DNA from: Planctomycetes bacterium TMED75
GTDB lineage: Bacteria > Planctomycetota > Phycisphaerae > Phycisphaerales > SM1A02
Assembly: GCA_002171655.1 (NCBI GenBank)
Contig: NHEC01000016.1
Coordinates: 3,656-67,655, forward strand
Length of the DNA: 64,000 nucleotides
Direction: 5' to 3'
Positions 27,979 through 38,887 of the stretch are shown piece by piece. Made by a program: the position numbers and the translations under genes. The notes beneath the pieces were generated by a model. It ran no database searches and had not been told where the DNA came from. It worked only from the letters and a program-made list of their open reading frames with translations. The number at the start of each line of letters is the position of its first letter. Within the stretch, counting starts at the first letter, position 1.

Positions 27979-29228
27979 GGAGTCTTTCGTCCCTCGAGTT
28001 GCCGGCTGATTATTTCCAGAGTTCGGGAGGTCGCCCCCTGTTGGGCGATGACGACTTCCCTGGCTCGTTTCGAAAGATCCGACCGAAGATCGGCCCGGCT
28101 GATCAAGGTGGCGAGATCTTCGGCAAGACGTTCCTGACTCGACACCAGAATCCCACCAGCCTGACTGAGCGCATCAACTGTCAGTTGAAAATCACCGGTA
28201 GCAGGACCCACCACCACCGGCTTTCCAAGTGCCGCAGGCTCCATCATGTCACTCCCATGAAGCTCTCCGAAACTTCGCCCCACGACGACCACGTCCGCCA
28301 GTGCATAGGCGGCTCGCAACTCTCCCATGGTGTCTAGAAGATAGCGATCGGTGGCACTTCTGGAATCCGAACGGCTCCGTCGAGCGCATCCCTTCAGAAT
28401 GTGCGCCGCTTGATCGAACCACTCAGGACGCCGAGGGGCGCAAAGCAATTGAACGCCTTTGGGGGTCGCCTGATGCAGCAGCAGATGCTCATCCGGAGCC
28501 GTGGATCCAGCTACGATTAATGGGCGAGAGCGGTCTATGCCCATTGATTCGGCGAGTTCCGATGAGCCTGAAACGTCATCCTCCACCCGTGCCGTGTCCC
28601 ATTTCATGGTTCCAGTGATGACAATCGAATCAGAATCTGCCCCCAATTGCCGGAAACGATCCGCATAGACATCGTCCTGAACACCCACCTGATCGACGCG
28701 CTTGAACATGGGACGTATGAGTGGACGTACCCGTCGATACCCACGAAAGCTTCGTTCACTGAGACGGCCGTTCACCACGATCTGCGGAATGCCCCGACGT
28801 ACGCAGGCACGGGTGAAATTCGGCCAGAGTTCCAGCTCCACGGAAGCAAAGAGATCAGGCTGTATGCGGTCCAGAAATCTGCTGACCGATGAAGAGAAGT
28901 CAAGGGGATACTGAACGACAGAGCAACGCTCCGAATACAAGGTACGAGCTCGCGCCAGTCCGGTTGTCGTAGTCGATGCGACCACGACTTCTCGGGCAGG
29001 CGTGTCAGTGAGCAGACGGTCGACAAGCTGCCGAATGGCATTGATCTCCCCCACCGATACCCCATGAATAAGGATCCGAGGAGCCGCTGCCTGAGGAAGC
29101 GATTCTCCGCGGCCCAGGCGCGCTTTCCAGTCGATTCGGTGTTTCCCACGTCTCAGCATCCGAGGGACCAGGACCGGAGAGCTTGCAAGGAGTCCGACCA
29201 GATAGGCAGCGTCGACGATCGCACCCAT
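27975..29228 (-). CDS. waaA: 3-deoxy-D-manno-octulosonic acid (Kdo) transferase
   Basis: IHGVSVGEINAIRQLV and a GT30 layout. The start was trimmed to the ATG at 29228, 10 nt after the upstream stop. Confidence 0.85.
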   Translation of the reverse strand: MGAIVDAAYLVGLLASSPVLVPRMLRRGKHRIDWKARLGRGESLPQAAAPRILIHGVSVGEINAIRQLVDRLLTDTPAREVVVASTTTTGLARARTLYSERCSVVQYPLDFSSSVSRFLDRIQPDLFASVELELWPNFTRACVRRGIPQIVVNGRLSERSFRGYRRVRPLIRPMFKRVDQVGVQDDVYADRFRQLGADSDSIVITGTMKWDTARVEDDVSGSSELAESMGIDRSRPLIVAGSTAPDEHLLLHQATPKGVQLLCAPRRPEWFDQAAHILKGCARRSRSDSRSATDRYLLDTMGELRAAYALADVVVVGRSFGELHGSDMMEPAALGKPVVVGPATGDFQLTVDALSQAGGILVSSQERLAEDLATLISRADLRSDLSKRAREVVIAQQGATSRTLEIISRQLEGRKTP

Positions 29229-29238
29229 TAGTGGCCAC

Positions 29239-29919
29239 TCACCCGCCGGAGCTTTCGGAGGGAGCCATGGCCTTGAGGCGATTGACGATCCAGCTTGGAT
29301 CCACCTCTCCGTACTCAATGTCGATGACATCGCCACCAGCTGAGATGTAGATGAGCTTGGGTATCGTGGGACGCTGGTCGTGCGGTCGGATCACACTCCG
29401 AAACGCGGGGTCAGTCGCCAGAAGCTCGGTCCAGCGGGAGTCACCAGCATGTTCCTTCTTGAGGTAGGCGCCAACGACCGGCGCTCCCCCCTGATCGACC
29501 GAAAGAGCCAAGAGGTTCGCATGGTCTGCCAGGAGGTCCTGCGCCTCGAACAGGACCTTGCGGTTTCGGCGACAGGGAGCACACCAAGTCGCCCAGACCT
29601 CGACCAGCACGGGCTTTCCCAGATAATCGGACATCTGGACCGGGGTGCCATCGACCTGATGAAAGGTGAGCGTGGAAAATGCGCCCGCAGCGGAATCCAT
29701 CTGAGCAGAGCCATCACGGACCGGGGTCGTGGAATCCCCGGTTGCAATCGCCTTGCCACTGACCGCACCCAGAATGGCGGAGCAGGTCGGACAAAATCCG
29801 GTACTGCCGGCCACCAACACGTAGGTGCTGAGACCGATCACCAAAAGAATCGGCCAGAGCAACCAAGGCAAAACAGCTCCGGGACGTGGTCGGAAATGAT
29901 TGTGTCGTGAGTCGGTCAT
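29239..29919 (-). CDS. TlpA/thioredoxin-like thiol-disulfide oxidoreductase, membrane-anchored
   Basis: WATWCAPCRRN is a CxxC active site, preceded by an N-terminal TM helix. The start was set at MTDSRHNH to avoid overlap with the divergent gene. Confidence 0.8.
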   Translation of the reverse strand: MTDSRHNHFRPRPGAVLPWLLWPILLVIGLSTYVLVAGSTGFCPTCSAILGAVSGKAIATGDSTTPVRDGSAQMDSAAGAFSTLTFHQVDGTPVQMSDYLGKPVLVEVWATWCAPCRRNRKVLFEAQDLLADHANLLALSVDQGGAPVVGAYLKKEHAGDSRWTELLATDPAFRSVIRPHDQRPTIPKLIYISAGGDVIDIEYGEVDPSWIVNRLKAMAPSESSGG

Positions 29920-29963
29920 GGAATCCTCATTAGGGTGTTGGACATGGTAGCTTCTGTCTCGGA

Positions 29964-32900
29964 ATGAATCATCATCAAGCGAGTAAGAAACCCTCCTGGC
30001 GCGTCGCAATCGACACCGGCGGCACCTTCACGGACGGTATTGCCCAGTCCCCTGATGGCCGAATCCACCGGAGCAAGGTCCTTTCAAGCTCCGCGATTCG
30101 AGCCACCATTCGAGCATGCCCAACCTCCGGCCTTCATGGACTGGACCTTCGTGACGTTCATCCACCAAGCGGACTCTTCAAGGGCTTCATGATTGCAGCA
30201 CCCGGCGGCGAGCCGCTCGACACGATTGCAGAACACCCTCGCTCCGATGAAGTGGCACTCGAATCGAGTCTCAGGCTTCCCCCCGGGAGTTTGGTCGAAC
30301 TTCGAGCTCCCTACGACGCTCCCCGACTCGCGCTGTACCTGATGCTCAATACGACACCAAGCGATCCGATTCCGCCACTCGAACTGCGCGTCGCGACGAC
30401 CCGGGGCACCAATGCATTACTGGAGGGCAGCGGAGCCTCATTTGCCCTGGTTCTCGACGAAGGACTTGAGGATCAACTCGAGATTGGAGATCAGTCACGA
30501 CCCGATCTCTTTGCACTCGATATCGACCGCCAGAGGTTGGTCCCGTCGAAAATCATCGGTGTCCAGTCCCGACTTGATCAGTCCGGCTGCATGCAGCGGC
30601 AACTATGCGACGAACAGATCGATGAGATCGCCTCCGAACTTCTTCAATCGGAGGTCGGGGCAGTCGGAATCTCCTTGGTGCATGCCTGGAAGAATCCAGA
30701 TCATGAACGACGGCTTGCGGATGCGCTGGTCGCGCGAGGGATCCCAACGGTCATCACCGCCACCGAGCTCTCACTGTCAGAAGGGTTGACATCCAGAACC
30801 GAGACCCTGGCCGTTGAAGCCTCCATACGATCCTTGCTCGGACGTTTTCTGGACGGAATACTTGATTCAGATGGAGCTGATCAATGCCAAGTGTTGGTGA
30901 TGACCAGTTCAGGAGGACTCACCCCGACTGAACGGTTTCAAGCAAAGGACGGACTGCTCAGTGGACCAGCCGGCGGCGTCGTCGGGGCCGCGCGGGCTGC
31001 TGAATCGATCGGGATCAGGAGAATCCTTGGATTCGACATGGGAGGCACCAGCACCGACGTGTCCAGATACGACGAAGAAATGCTGTATCGCTTTGAAACG
31101 AGAGTGGGCCCGGCACGAGTTCAGGCGCCTTGCGTTGCAATAGAGACGGTGGCCGCTGGCGGAGGTTCCATCTGTCATTGGGGCCCGAACGGTCTTGCGG
31201 TCGGGCCCCAAAGCGCAGGGGCGGATCCCGGCCCTGCCTGCTACGGCGCAGGAGGACCGCTCACATTGACCGACGTGAACCTACTACTTGGTCGTGCGGA
31301 CTCCGACAGCTTTGGCCTGCCATTGGACGAAGCGGCTGCGCGGAGCGCCCTTGACGACCTTCTGGATGTGATCGAAAGCTCCGAGGTCGCACGCCCGGAA
31401 CCCACGGCAGTACTTCTGGGCCTGCTCGACATTGCCAACGAACGGATGGCGGAGGCCATGCGCGCCATCTCCATTCGCGAAGGCGCCGATCCAGAAGGAC
31501 ACGTACTTGTTCCGTTTGGTGGGGCGGGAGGGCAACATGCATGTGCCATTGCAGGCCGACTGGGTATCAAGCGCATTCTTTTGCCAAACGACACCGGGAT
31601 CCTGAGTGCACGTGGCGCACTACTGGCACGCAACGAACAATTCAGTGAGCGCACTCTGAACCAGGCACTCGATTCTTTCGAGAAATGCATGTCGAGTGTA
31701 CGAAATGAACTTGAAAGGGAAGCCGCCTCCAGACTTTCAAACCCGGAACAGGCAGCCATTCGGACTCTTCTAGGGATGAGGCTTCATGGCCAGGATGATG
31801 TGATTCAAATCGACCTGGCCGAAAATCAGAATCTCCGCGAACGCTTCACAGCTCGTTTCCAGGAGGTGTACGGATACCCACCGCCTGATCGTCCGATCGA
31901 AGTGGCGTGGATCCGTGCCCGTGCAATGGATGATGAGAAGTTCGAACTTCACGATTTCGTGTCAGATCCCTCTCCCCCGCCACAGCACTCCCGATCAACT
32001 CGCATGACTCTTTCCGAGGGAAACTGCACCGTAGAGATCATTCGGCGCGATCAACTTCAGCCTCAGGTTCCCCGCTTCGGACCTTTGCTGCTGGTCGAGG
32101 ACGGCGCAACCACTGTCATCGAACCGGGCTGGGAGCTCCGTCTGGACCAATTTGGAATGATCACCTGCAAAGAAATCACCGAAACCCGCGACACCCCTCG
32201 GCTGGAAGGAGCCGAAGGCATTGCAGGCTCCGAGCTGGTCTCTGCGCGACTTGAATCGATTGCAGTGGCGATGGGTCGCCTGCTCGAGCGGACCGCACTG
32301 TCAGTGAATGTGAAGCAGAGACTGGACTTCTCCTGCGCACTGCTCGACGACAAGGGGCGCCTTCTGGTCAACGCTCCCCATATGCCCATCCACCTGGGCT
32401 CGATGGGCATCTGTGTACGACGTACGCTGGAGGTGATCACAGCCCTCCCCGGGGATGTATTGATCACCAACCACCCCGGGTGTGGTGGATCGCACCTTCC
32501 CGACATCACGACGATTGCTCCAATCCACGAAACCGATTCGGGGGGGACACTGCTGGGCTTTGCTGCAGTACGAGCACACCACGCGGAACTTGGAGGTGCA
32601 CGCCCGGGGTCAACCCCTCCCTTTGCATCCAATCTGGCCGAAGAAGGCGTACTGATCACTCCGAGACACCTCGTACGCGGTGGGGTACCTGAGTTCGATC
32701 AGATAGAGAACCTGCTGACTTCGGGACCGTGGCCCAGCCGGCAACCCCACGAGAACATTGCCGATCTCCGTGCGCAACTTGCCGCTACCTATCATGGAGT
32801 CGAGCACCTCAGACGCCTCGCTCGAGGACTTGGAACCGCAGGCTATCTGGACCGATCGACTCAGGTCCGAGACAATGCCAGCCGAATTGCTCGACGTTCC

Positions 32901-33758
32901 ATTCGGGAACTGGGAAGCTTCAATCGCACCGTACGACAAACGCTTGATGACGGTGCACTTATTCAACTGCATGCCTTCACCCGTGACGAACGACTGATAC
33001 TCGACTTCACCGGCAGTTCGGACGTTCACCCTGGCAACTTCAATGCCCCCATTGCCATCGTCACCGGAGCCTGTGTCTACCTCATGCGCCTGCTGGCAGC
33101 TATCGAGGTCCCCATGAATGAGGGCCTCCTGGAACCAGTGGACCTCATCGTGCCCGAGGGAATGCTGAATCCCAGCTTTGGAGATGATCCGGACTGTTGT
33201 CCGGCAGTATGTGCGGGCAATACCGAGACCTCCCAGCGAATCACGGACACCCTCCTGCTTGCATTTGATTTGGCCGCCTGCAGCCAGGGCACCATGAACA
33301 ACCTCCTGTTCGGCAACGAGCATCTGGGCTACTACGAGACAATTTCTGGAGGATCCGGGGCCACAGCCCGGGCTGCAGGATGCAGCGCAGTGCATACCCA
33401 CATGACCAATACTCGAATCACTGACCCGGAGATTCTGGAGACCAGATTCCCCGTACAACTAGATCGATTTTCAATCCGGCGAGGCTCAGGTGGAAGCGGC
33501 CAGCACCCCGGTGGTGACGGAGTCATTCGATCCATTCGTGCACTTGAACCAATCGAGATTTCATTCGTTTCACAACATCGCAATCAAGGGCCCTACGGAC
33601 TGCATGGCGGCAGTGACGGGACGCCCGGAACTCAGTATCTCGTACTCGAAGACGGCACCAGACATGTACTCTCAGGCTGCGACCAGTACTCACTCGAAAC
33701 CGGCGATGCGGTGATTGTGGAAACCCCCGGTGGCGGAGGATGGGGGACGGCTACTTGA
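29964..33758 (+). CDS. Fused hydantoinase A/B family protein (5-oxoprolinase-like, ATP-hydrolysing)
   Basis: 1264 aa. The N-terminal HyuA-like part (IDTGGTFTD, FDMGGTSTDV) is followed by a HyuB-like C-terminal half. Confidence 0.85.
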   Translation: MNHHQASKKPSWRVAIDTGGTFTDGIAQSPDGRIHRSKVLSSSAIRATIRACPTSGLHGLDLRDVHPPSGLFKGFMIAAPGGEPLDTIAEHPRSDEVALESSLRLPPGSLVELRAPYDAPRLALYLMLNTTPSDPIPPLELRVATTRGTNALLEGSGASFALVLDEGLEDQLEIGDQSRPDLFALDIDRQRLVPSKIIGVQSRLDQSGCMQRQLCDEQIDEIASELLQSEVGAVGISLVHAWKNPDHERRLADALVARGIPTVITATELSLSEGLTSRTETLAVEASIRSLLGRFLDGILDSDGADQCQVLVMTSSGGLTPTERFQAKDGLLSGPAGGVVGAARAAESIGIRRILGFDMGGTSTDVSRYDEEMLYRFETRVGPARVQAPCVAIETVAAGGGSICHWGPNGLAVGPQSAGADPGPACYGAGGPLTLTDVNLLLGRADSDSFGLPLDEAAARSALDDLLDVIESSEVARPEPTAVLLGLLDIANERMAEAMRAISIREGADPEGHVLVPFGGAGGQHACAIAGRLGIKRILLPNDTGILSARGALLARNEQFSERTLNQALDSFEKCMSSVRNELEREAASRLSNPEQAAIRTLLGMRLHGQDDVIQIDLAENQNLRERFTARFQEVYGYPPPDRPIEVAWIRARAMDDEKFELHDFVSDPSPPPQHSRSTRMTLSEGNCTVEIIRRDQLQPQVPRFGPLLLVEDGATTVIEPGWELRLDQFGMITCKEITETRDTPRLEGAEGIAGSELVSARLESIAVAMGRLLERTALSVNVKQRLDFSCALLDDKGRLLVNAPHMPIHLGSMGICVRRTLEVITALPGDVLITNHPGCGGSHLPDITTIAPIHETDSGGTLLGFAAVRAHHAELGGARPGSTPPFASNLAEEGVLITPRHLVRGGVPEFDQIENLLTSGPWPSRQPHENIADLRAQLAATYHGVEHLRRLARGLGTAGYLDRSTQVRDNASRIARRSIRELGSFNRTVRQTLDDGALIQLHAFTRDERLILDFTGSSDVHPGNFNAPIAIVTGACVYLMRLLAAIEVPMNEGLLEPVDLIVPEGMLNPSFGDDPDCCPAVCAGNTETSQRITDTLLLAFDLAACSQGTMNNLLFGNEHLGYYETISGGSGATARAAGCSAVHTHMTNTRITDPEILETRFPVQLDRFSIRRGSGGSGQHPGGDGVIRSIRALEPIEISFVSQHRNQGPYGLHGGSDGTPGTQYLVLEDGTRHVLSGCDQYSLETGDAVIVETPGGGGWGTAT

Positions 33759-34560
33759 ATGGCGGTTTGGAGTAGTCAGCGTCGTATTGAATACGCTCGA
33801 TCGATACGGCAAGCCCCGTCTGCCGTCGAATCGTGACCACACACCCGCACATCGACTCTCCACCGGAGGCCATATCGAATGGTGCGTGCATGCCGGTTCG
33901 CATGTGCTGCAACACCGCATCCTTCCGACGGCCAATCACAGAATCATAAGGACCGCACATGCCCACATCGGTGATGAACGCAGTCCCACCGGGAAGTACG
34001 CGTGCATCGGCCGTTGGGACATGGGTATGCGTCCCAAGCACGGCGGCAACTCGACCATCGAGGTGATGCGCAAGGGCGATCTTTTCGCTCGTGGCCTCCA
34101 TGTGCACCTCGACCATGACCAGGGGATTTTGTTCAGGAATCGAATCCAGCAACTCATCAACACAGGCAAAGGGATCGTTTGCCGGCAGGTTCACGAAGAT
34201 TCGGCCCAGAACAGTGAATACCCACAGAGAGCCACCCCCCGGAATCGGCACCCGAATGAGTCGCTTTCCAGAGGCACTGGTGGAAAGGTTTGCGGGACGA
34301 GAAATGGGTTCATCAGGATCTTCGAGCTGAGGCAGGATCCGTTGATCCCGAAAGACATGATCACCAAGAGTCACCGCGTCCACACCCTGCTTGCGAAGCC
34401 AGGCATACAGATCCGGAGTAATTCCACTTCCAGATCGAATATTCTCACCGTTGACGACCAAAAGATCCGGTGCGTGGTCAGTTCGGAAATCTGCGAGCCG
34501 CTGCAGGATCACGTTTCGTCCGGGAACACCGTTCACATCCCCGAGAAAACCCAGCTTCAT
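33751..34560 (-). CDS. YmdB-like metallophosphoesterase (TIGR00282 family)
   Basis: MKLGFLGDVNG...VVNGENIRSGSGIT...GDHVF. The upstream 185 codons of the track ORF look spurious. Confidence 0.85.
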   Translation of the reverse strand: MKLGFLGDVNGVPGRNVILQRLADFRTDHAPDLLVVNGENIRSGSGITPDLYAWLRKQGVDAVTLGDHVFRDQRILPQLEDPDEPISRPANLSTSASGKRLIRVPIPGGGSLWVFTVLGRIFVNLPANDPFACVDELLDSIPEQNPLVMVEVHMEATSEKIALAHHLDGRVAAVLGTHTHVPTADARVLPGGTAFITDVGMCGPYDSVIGRRKDAVLQHMRTGMHAPFDMASGGESMCGCVVTIRRQTGLAVSIERIQYDADYSKPPFK

Positions 34561-34881
34561 CGTATCTGTGCTCACCTGTGACTCACTTTCGACCCGGGCC
34601 GACCCGGTAACTGGTCTTTTATTGCGATCCTGAGATCCGATGGTACACTGGTCGTGACCGGAAGCGGGAGTTCGACTCCCTGACCTGTCACCCACGAACC
34701 AGAGCGAGCCAGAACGATTTTGCACCGTCGAAGCGACGGCTGCGATGATTGGCAGTTCACGTTCAGAATGACGCCTCTGAACCAGAGGTACTTCATACCA
34801 AGCACGACTGCTCTCTCTTCCACAGAAGAAGCAGCTGCCTCGGCCATTACCGCCACTCCTTCTACCGGACGGACTAAATCG

Positions 34882-35493
34882 ATGTTCAGACAAGACGACG
34901 AGATCAGACTGCAAGCCCGACCGGAATGGGGCATTGGAACTGTGCAGAAGGTTGAGTTTGTCACTCGCGAAGGAGCAAAGGACCAGCGAGTGTGGATTCG
35001 GTTCCCAAATGTAGGGATGAAGACCATCCTGGCCGGCGCAGCACAGGTGGAAGTAGTCACTCGAGCCAACGACGAAGAGGACGTGGAGCACACTTTTGCT
35101 GCCCAAGAACTGGCACACGAATCGGGTTGGTTGGGCGAGATCACGAAGCGAAAGCCGGAAGACGCGATGACCAATCTGCCCCCGGAAGTACTCGACCCTT
35201 TCAGCTCCCTGAGAGGACGACTTAAAAAAACCCTCGAACTCTTCCGATTCACGTCCGACGGCGCCTCACTCATCGACTGGGCCGTCGCTCAGACCGGCCT
35301 GGATGATCCGATGAGTCGATTCAATCGACATGAACTCGAAGAGTTCTTCAAGCACTGGGCACGAGGTCGTGACGAACAATTGCGTTCCTTGATGAGCGAA
35401 GCCAGGCGAAATCGAGAACCGGTGAACGACCTCATGAAGTCAGCCGCCCCAGGCGCCCAAGCCGCCCTCGAAGGATGCCACGGCAGGGCTTGA
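34882..35493 (+). CDS. Hypothetical protein with a DUF3553-like N-terminal domain
   Basis: DDEIRLQARPEWGIGTVQKV...VWIRFPNVG resembles DUF3553. The start is uncertain; the ORF is open from 34720. Confidence 0.5.
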   Translation: MFRQDDEIRLQARPEWGIGTVQKVEFVTREGAKDQRVWIRFPNVGMKTILAGAAQVEVVTRANDEEDVEHTFAAQELAHESGWLGEITKRKPEDAMTNLPPEVLDPFSSLRGRLKKTLELFRFTSDGASLIDWAVAQTGLDDPMSRFNRHELEEFFKHWARGRDEQLRSLMSEARRNREPVNDLMKSAAPGAQAALEGCHGRA

Positions 35494-35621
35494 GCACCCC
35501 AGGTCCGATACCTGCACAACCTGCGTAATTCCTACTCCTGAGCACCTTCAGGGGGGAATTCGTCAACCCGGTCTTTTCCGGGCTCGTACCTGTGGTCTCT
35601 TGATGTCGTGCCCGGTGAATC

Positions 35622-35972
35622 GTGAACCCGGAGCACGAAACAACCCAAGAGTGGAAGACAGACATGGACGAAAACACGTTCCAGAAGAAGATGGCAGAGC
35701 TCATTGAACGCATTCGGGAGCTCCCCGGATCGGAATCAAAGGGTCACAAGACGAAAACTCCTGAAACATCTGGTGGAGAGGAGCTTCAGACCTCGCTTGG
35801 TGAGCTCCAGGAATCCCTTGACTACCTCAGATTAAGCGTCAAATACCTGGTTTTCGACCTCGAGGCGACACGTCGGGAAAACGCCTACCTGCGCCGATTG
35901 GTGGAACAGGCGAATCAAGAACGAAATCAAGCCGGAGAGCCTGAAGAGGAAGCCGACGACTTTTTCGAGTGA
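35622..35972 (+). CDS. Hypothetical coiled-coil protein
   Basis: A charged, heptad-like sequence. The start is either GTG 35622 or ATG 35664. Confidence 0.4.
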   Translation: MNPEHETTQEWKTDMDENTFQKKMAELIERIRELPGSESKGHKTKTPETSGGEELQTSLGELQESLDYLRLSVKYLVFDLEATRRENAYLRRLVEQANQERNQAGEPEEEADDFFE

Positions 35973-36065
35973 TGACCGAAGAGTGACCATGCCGAATCGG
36001 AATCGGTGATGAAGGCGAGCTCGAGATCTCAGTTCGTGCGGAACAGGTGATGCTCCGTTAGCATC

Positions 36066-37814
36066 ATGACTCAAGGAGGCTGGAATTCCGTGCTACTGGC
36101 AAGTCAGATCAGAAACCTGGGCCGATACCGGCAGATTCTCACCGTACTGATCAAGTACGGATTTGCAGACTTCGTACGCCACACCGGTCTCTCCGCCGTG
36201 GTGAGTCGATCACTTGGTGCACTGGGCCATCGCGGAAGGGTCGAAGCAGATTTCATCAGACAGAAAAAGGAAGTCCGCCTGCGGCTGGCCCTCGAGGAAC
36301 TCGGGCCCACCTTCATCAAGCTCGGTCAGGTCCTCAGCACGCGTCGCGACCTGGTTCCCGATGATGTGGCTGCTGAATTTGCGAAGTTGCAGAGTGAATG
36401 CCCCGTTGTTCCCTTTGCCAAGATTCGCGAACGACTGGAACAGGAATTTCCCGGCCAAGTCGACGAAATCTTCCAGTCAATCGAAGAAACACCCATTGCA
36501 GCGGCCTCCATGGCTCAGGCACACCGTGCCGTACTTGCCGACGGCAACACCGTCGTACTGAAAATCCTGCGCCCGGGAATCGAAGAGACTCTTCTCGCCG
36601 ACATGGAAATTCTTCGGTTCATCGCCACAGTGGTTGATGACTACTTCGAGAACATGGGATTTGAACCGACCGAGGTTGCGGCTGAATTCGCTCGCGAACT
36701 GAGCCGTGAAATCGATCTTCTTCAGGAAGGACGCTCAACCGAGAACCTGAAGTCCGCTTTTGCCGACGATCCTGAGATCGATTTCCCCGAAGTATTCTGG
36801 AAAGCCACCACCAAACGCGTGCTTTGCATCGAGGAAATCAAGGGCCAGCTCCTGGCCCGAGCTGACCTCAGCAAGCTCACCAGCGAAGTGCGGCAGAAAA
36901 TTGTCGAGAACGGCTCCCGGGCTGTTTTCAAGATGACCCTCGAAATGGGTTTTTTCCACGCCGATCCGCATCCCGGCAACATCTTCATCAACCCGGATGA
37001 CGGATCGATCGTCTTCATCGACTGCGGAATGGTCGGGCACGTCGACCTCGATACCCGGATGCACATCGCCGAACTCGTCTACGGGGTGACCAAGAACGAC
37101 TCCGACGAGGTCATGAACTGCGCACTCGCGCTTGCCGATATGGATCCCGACAAGATCGACATCCGGCGTGCACGCGGCGATGTCCAGCAGATGGTTGATC
37201 AGTTTCTCGGGGTACCGATGGACCGGATCGATCTTGGCCAGCTTCTGGACGACTTTTTCCAGACCCTGCGAAGGTACGGACTTCAGTGCCCCGCGGACGT
37301 GGTACTGCTGATCAAGGCGATGTCAACCATCGAAGGGGTCGGCGCAAAGGTTGATCCGAAGTTCGACATGGTGACCTTTGCTCACCCCTACATTGCGCAC
37401 CTACTCAAGGAGCGGTATTCCTCGAAGGCCATCTTCCGACGCATCAAGAGCACGTCGAATTCCTACCTCCAGGTCTTCGAAAGTCTTCCGCAGGACATCA
37501 GTTCGATTGTCCGCAAGATACGCAGGAACGAATTCAAAATCGACTTCGATCTGGGCAAGATGGAAGAACTGATCGAGACCGCAGAAGCCTCAACCGACAA
37601 CGTTGCTCATTCACTGCTGATCAGCGCAATCGTAGTGGCCAGTTCAATTCTTGTTCACGCCGCACCGGATGATCGCTGGAGCATCCAGGGAACACTTGGA
37701 ATGCTGGGATTCATCACCGCGGTGGTGATGGGCGCTGGACTGCTCTTCAAGAGCTGGAGACATCGAAGAGGATCCAGGGCAATGCTCAAGAAGGCTCGCA
37801 AGCGACGCCGGTGA
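36066..37814 (+). CDS. ubiB: ABC1/UbiB-family atypical kinase
   Basis: FIKLGQVLSTRRDL, AAASMAQAHRA and HADPHPGNI, with C-terminal TM helices. Confidence 0.85.
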   Translation: MTQGGWNSVLLASQIRNLGRYRQILTVLIKYGFADFVRHTGLSAVVSRSLGALGHRGRVEADFIRQKKEVRLRLALEELGPTFIKLGQVLSTRRDLVPDDVAAEFAKLQSECPVVPFAKIRERLEQEFPGQVDEIFQSIEETPIAAASMAQAHRAVLADGNTVVLKILRPGIEETLLADMEILRFIATVVDDYFENMGFEPTEVAAEFARELSREIDLLQEGRSTENLKSAFADDPEIDFPEVFWKATTKRVLCIEEIKGQLLARADLSKLTSEVRQKIVENGSRAVFKMTLEMGFFHADPHPGNIFINPDDGSIVFIDCGMVGHVDLDTRMHIAELVYGVTKNDSDEVMNCALALADMDPDKIDIRRARGDVQQMVDQFLGVPMDRIDLGQLLDDFFQTLRRYGLQCPADVVLLIKAMSTIEGVGAKVDPKFDMVTFAHPYIAHLLKERYSSKAIFRRIKSTSNSYLQVFESLPQDISSIVRKIRRNEFKIDFDLGKMEELIETAEASTDNVAHSLLISAIVVASSILVHAAPDDRWSIQGTLGMLGFITAVVMGAGLLFKSWRHRRGSRAMLKKARKRRR

Positions 37815-37825
37815 GCCCCTCGGGT

Positions 37826-38887
37826 TCAACTTTCGGGCAGATCGTTGTAGACCGGCTCCGGGGGAGCCTCTGAGTTCGAGAGTGCGGCTGCTATGCGCCG
37901 GGCATGTACGTGCGAATTCTCGATATAGACACGGAATTTCGCCTGAGTTCCCGCCACCACGGTTCCCGCCACGTACATTCCCGGAACGTTGGTTTCCATG
38001 GTCAACGGATTGTGTTCGACCGCTTCTTCGGAACCCAAGAGCTGCACGCCGGTCTTCTGCAGCAAGGTCTGATCGCTTTCGTAACCAATGGCAATCAAGA
38101 CGTCATCGACTTCAACGGTACGCGTTGCATCATTCTCCAGAGAGCGCAACACCACTCCATCAGGCTCGATTCTCAGGGGAACCATCCCAAAGCACCCTTC
38201 GATCTGACCGCTTCTGAGCATTGCCTCAAGCTCTGGCTTGATCCAGTACTTGACCCGGTCATGAATTGCCTGCCCGCGATGACACAGAGTCACCCGCGCC
38301 CCGCACCGATAGGCCAGGACCGCAGCGTCACATGCAGAGTTCTTCCCGCCGATGATGAGCACCCTTCGCCCGTGAAAACGATGCGGCTCACCGATCGAGC
38401 GATGCACGTGAGGACTGTCTTCGCCGGGAATACCGAGTTGGCGCGGGCGAGCAGTCCCTCCAGTGGCGATTACGACCGTGGGAACATCGATGACGTGCTG
38501 CAGGCCGCTGAGTGACGTACTGGTCACTCGATGTCCTGACTGATCTGCGAGTGGGACGATTGTTTCCACCCGCTGGAAAGTCCGAACCTCCACCTTGCAG
38601 GCATCAACCACTTGCCGCAGATACGCGAGGTACTCCTCCCTCGTCCCTTTTTCGGCCGAAGGCGTCGTGAAGGGGATGCCACCAATGCTCAGGCGCTCAG
38701 GAGATGAGAACCAGCGAGTGGCAGGCGGAAACTCGAGAATCTGTTGCCCGATCGCACCGGCATCAAGGACCAGTGCACGAAGATCACGCCTCCCCAATTC
38801 GATCGCAGTCTCGATTCCAATAGGCCCCGCACCGACAATCAGTACGTCAGGGGCATCATTGCGGGTGGTTTGGGAAGAAGGAATCAT
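37826..38887 (-). CDS. YpdA-family FAD/NAD(P)-dependent disulfide oxidoreductase
   Basis: DVLIVGAGPIGIETAIEL, then a second dinucleotide fold at VLIIGGKNSACDAA. The overall layout is like YpdA (putative bacillithiol disulfide reductase). Confidence 0.7.
   Translation of the reverse strand: MIPSSQTTRNDAPDVLIVGAGPIGIETAIELGRRDLRALVLDAGAIGQQILEFPPATRWFSSPERLSIGGIPFTTPSAEKGTREEYLAYLRQVVDACKVEVRTFQRVETIVPLADQSGHRVTSTSLSGLQHVIDVPTVVIATGGTARPRQLGIPGEDSPHVHRSIGEPHRFHGRRVLIIGGKNSACDAAVLAYRCGARVTLCHRGQAIHDRVKYWIKPELEAMLRSGQIEGCFGMVPLRIEPDGVVLRSLENDATRTVEVDDVLIAIGYESDQTLLQKTGVQLLGSEEAVEHNPLTMETNVPGMYVAGTVVAGTQAKFRVYIENSHVHARRIAAALSNSEAPPEPVYNDLPES

Noticed and set aside
34561-35118. The N-terminal 185 codons of track ORF 33751..35118. 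Likewise the first 171 codons of 52948..55653.
   Set aside because: The family-typical N-termini (MKLGFLGDV for YmdB-like, MYENNTRG for GSIII) start internally. The upstream parts overlap neighbouring genes or have odd composition.
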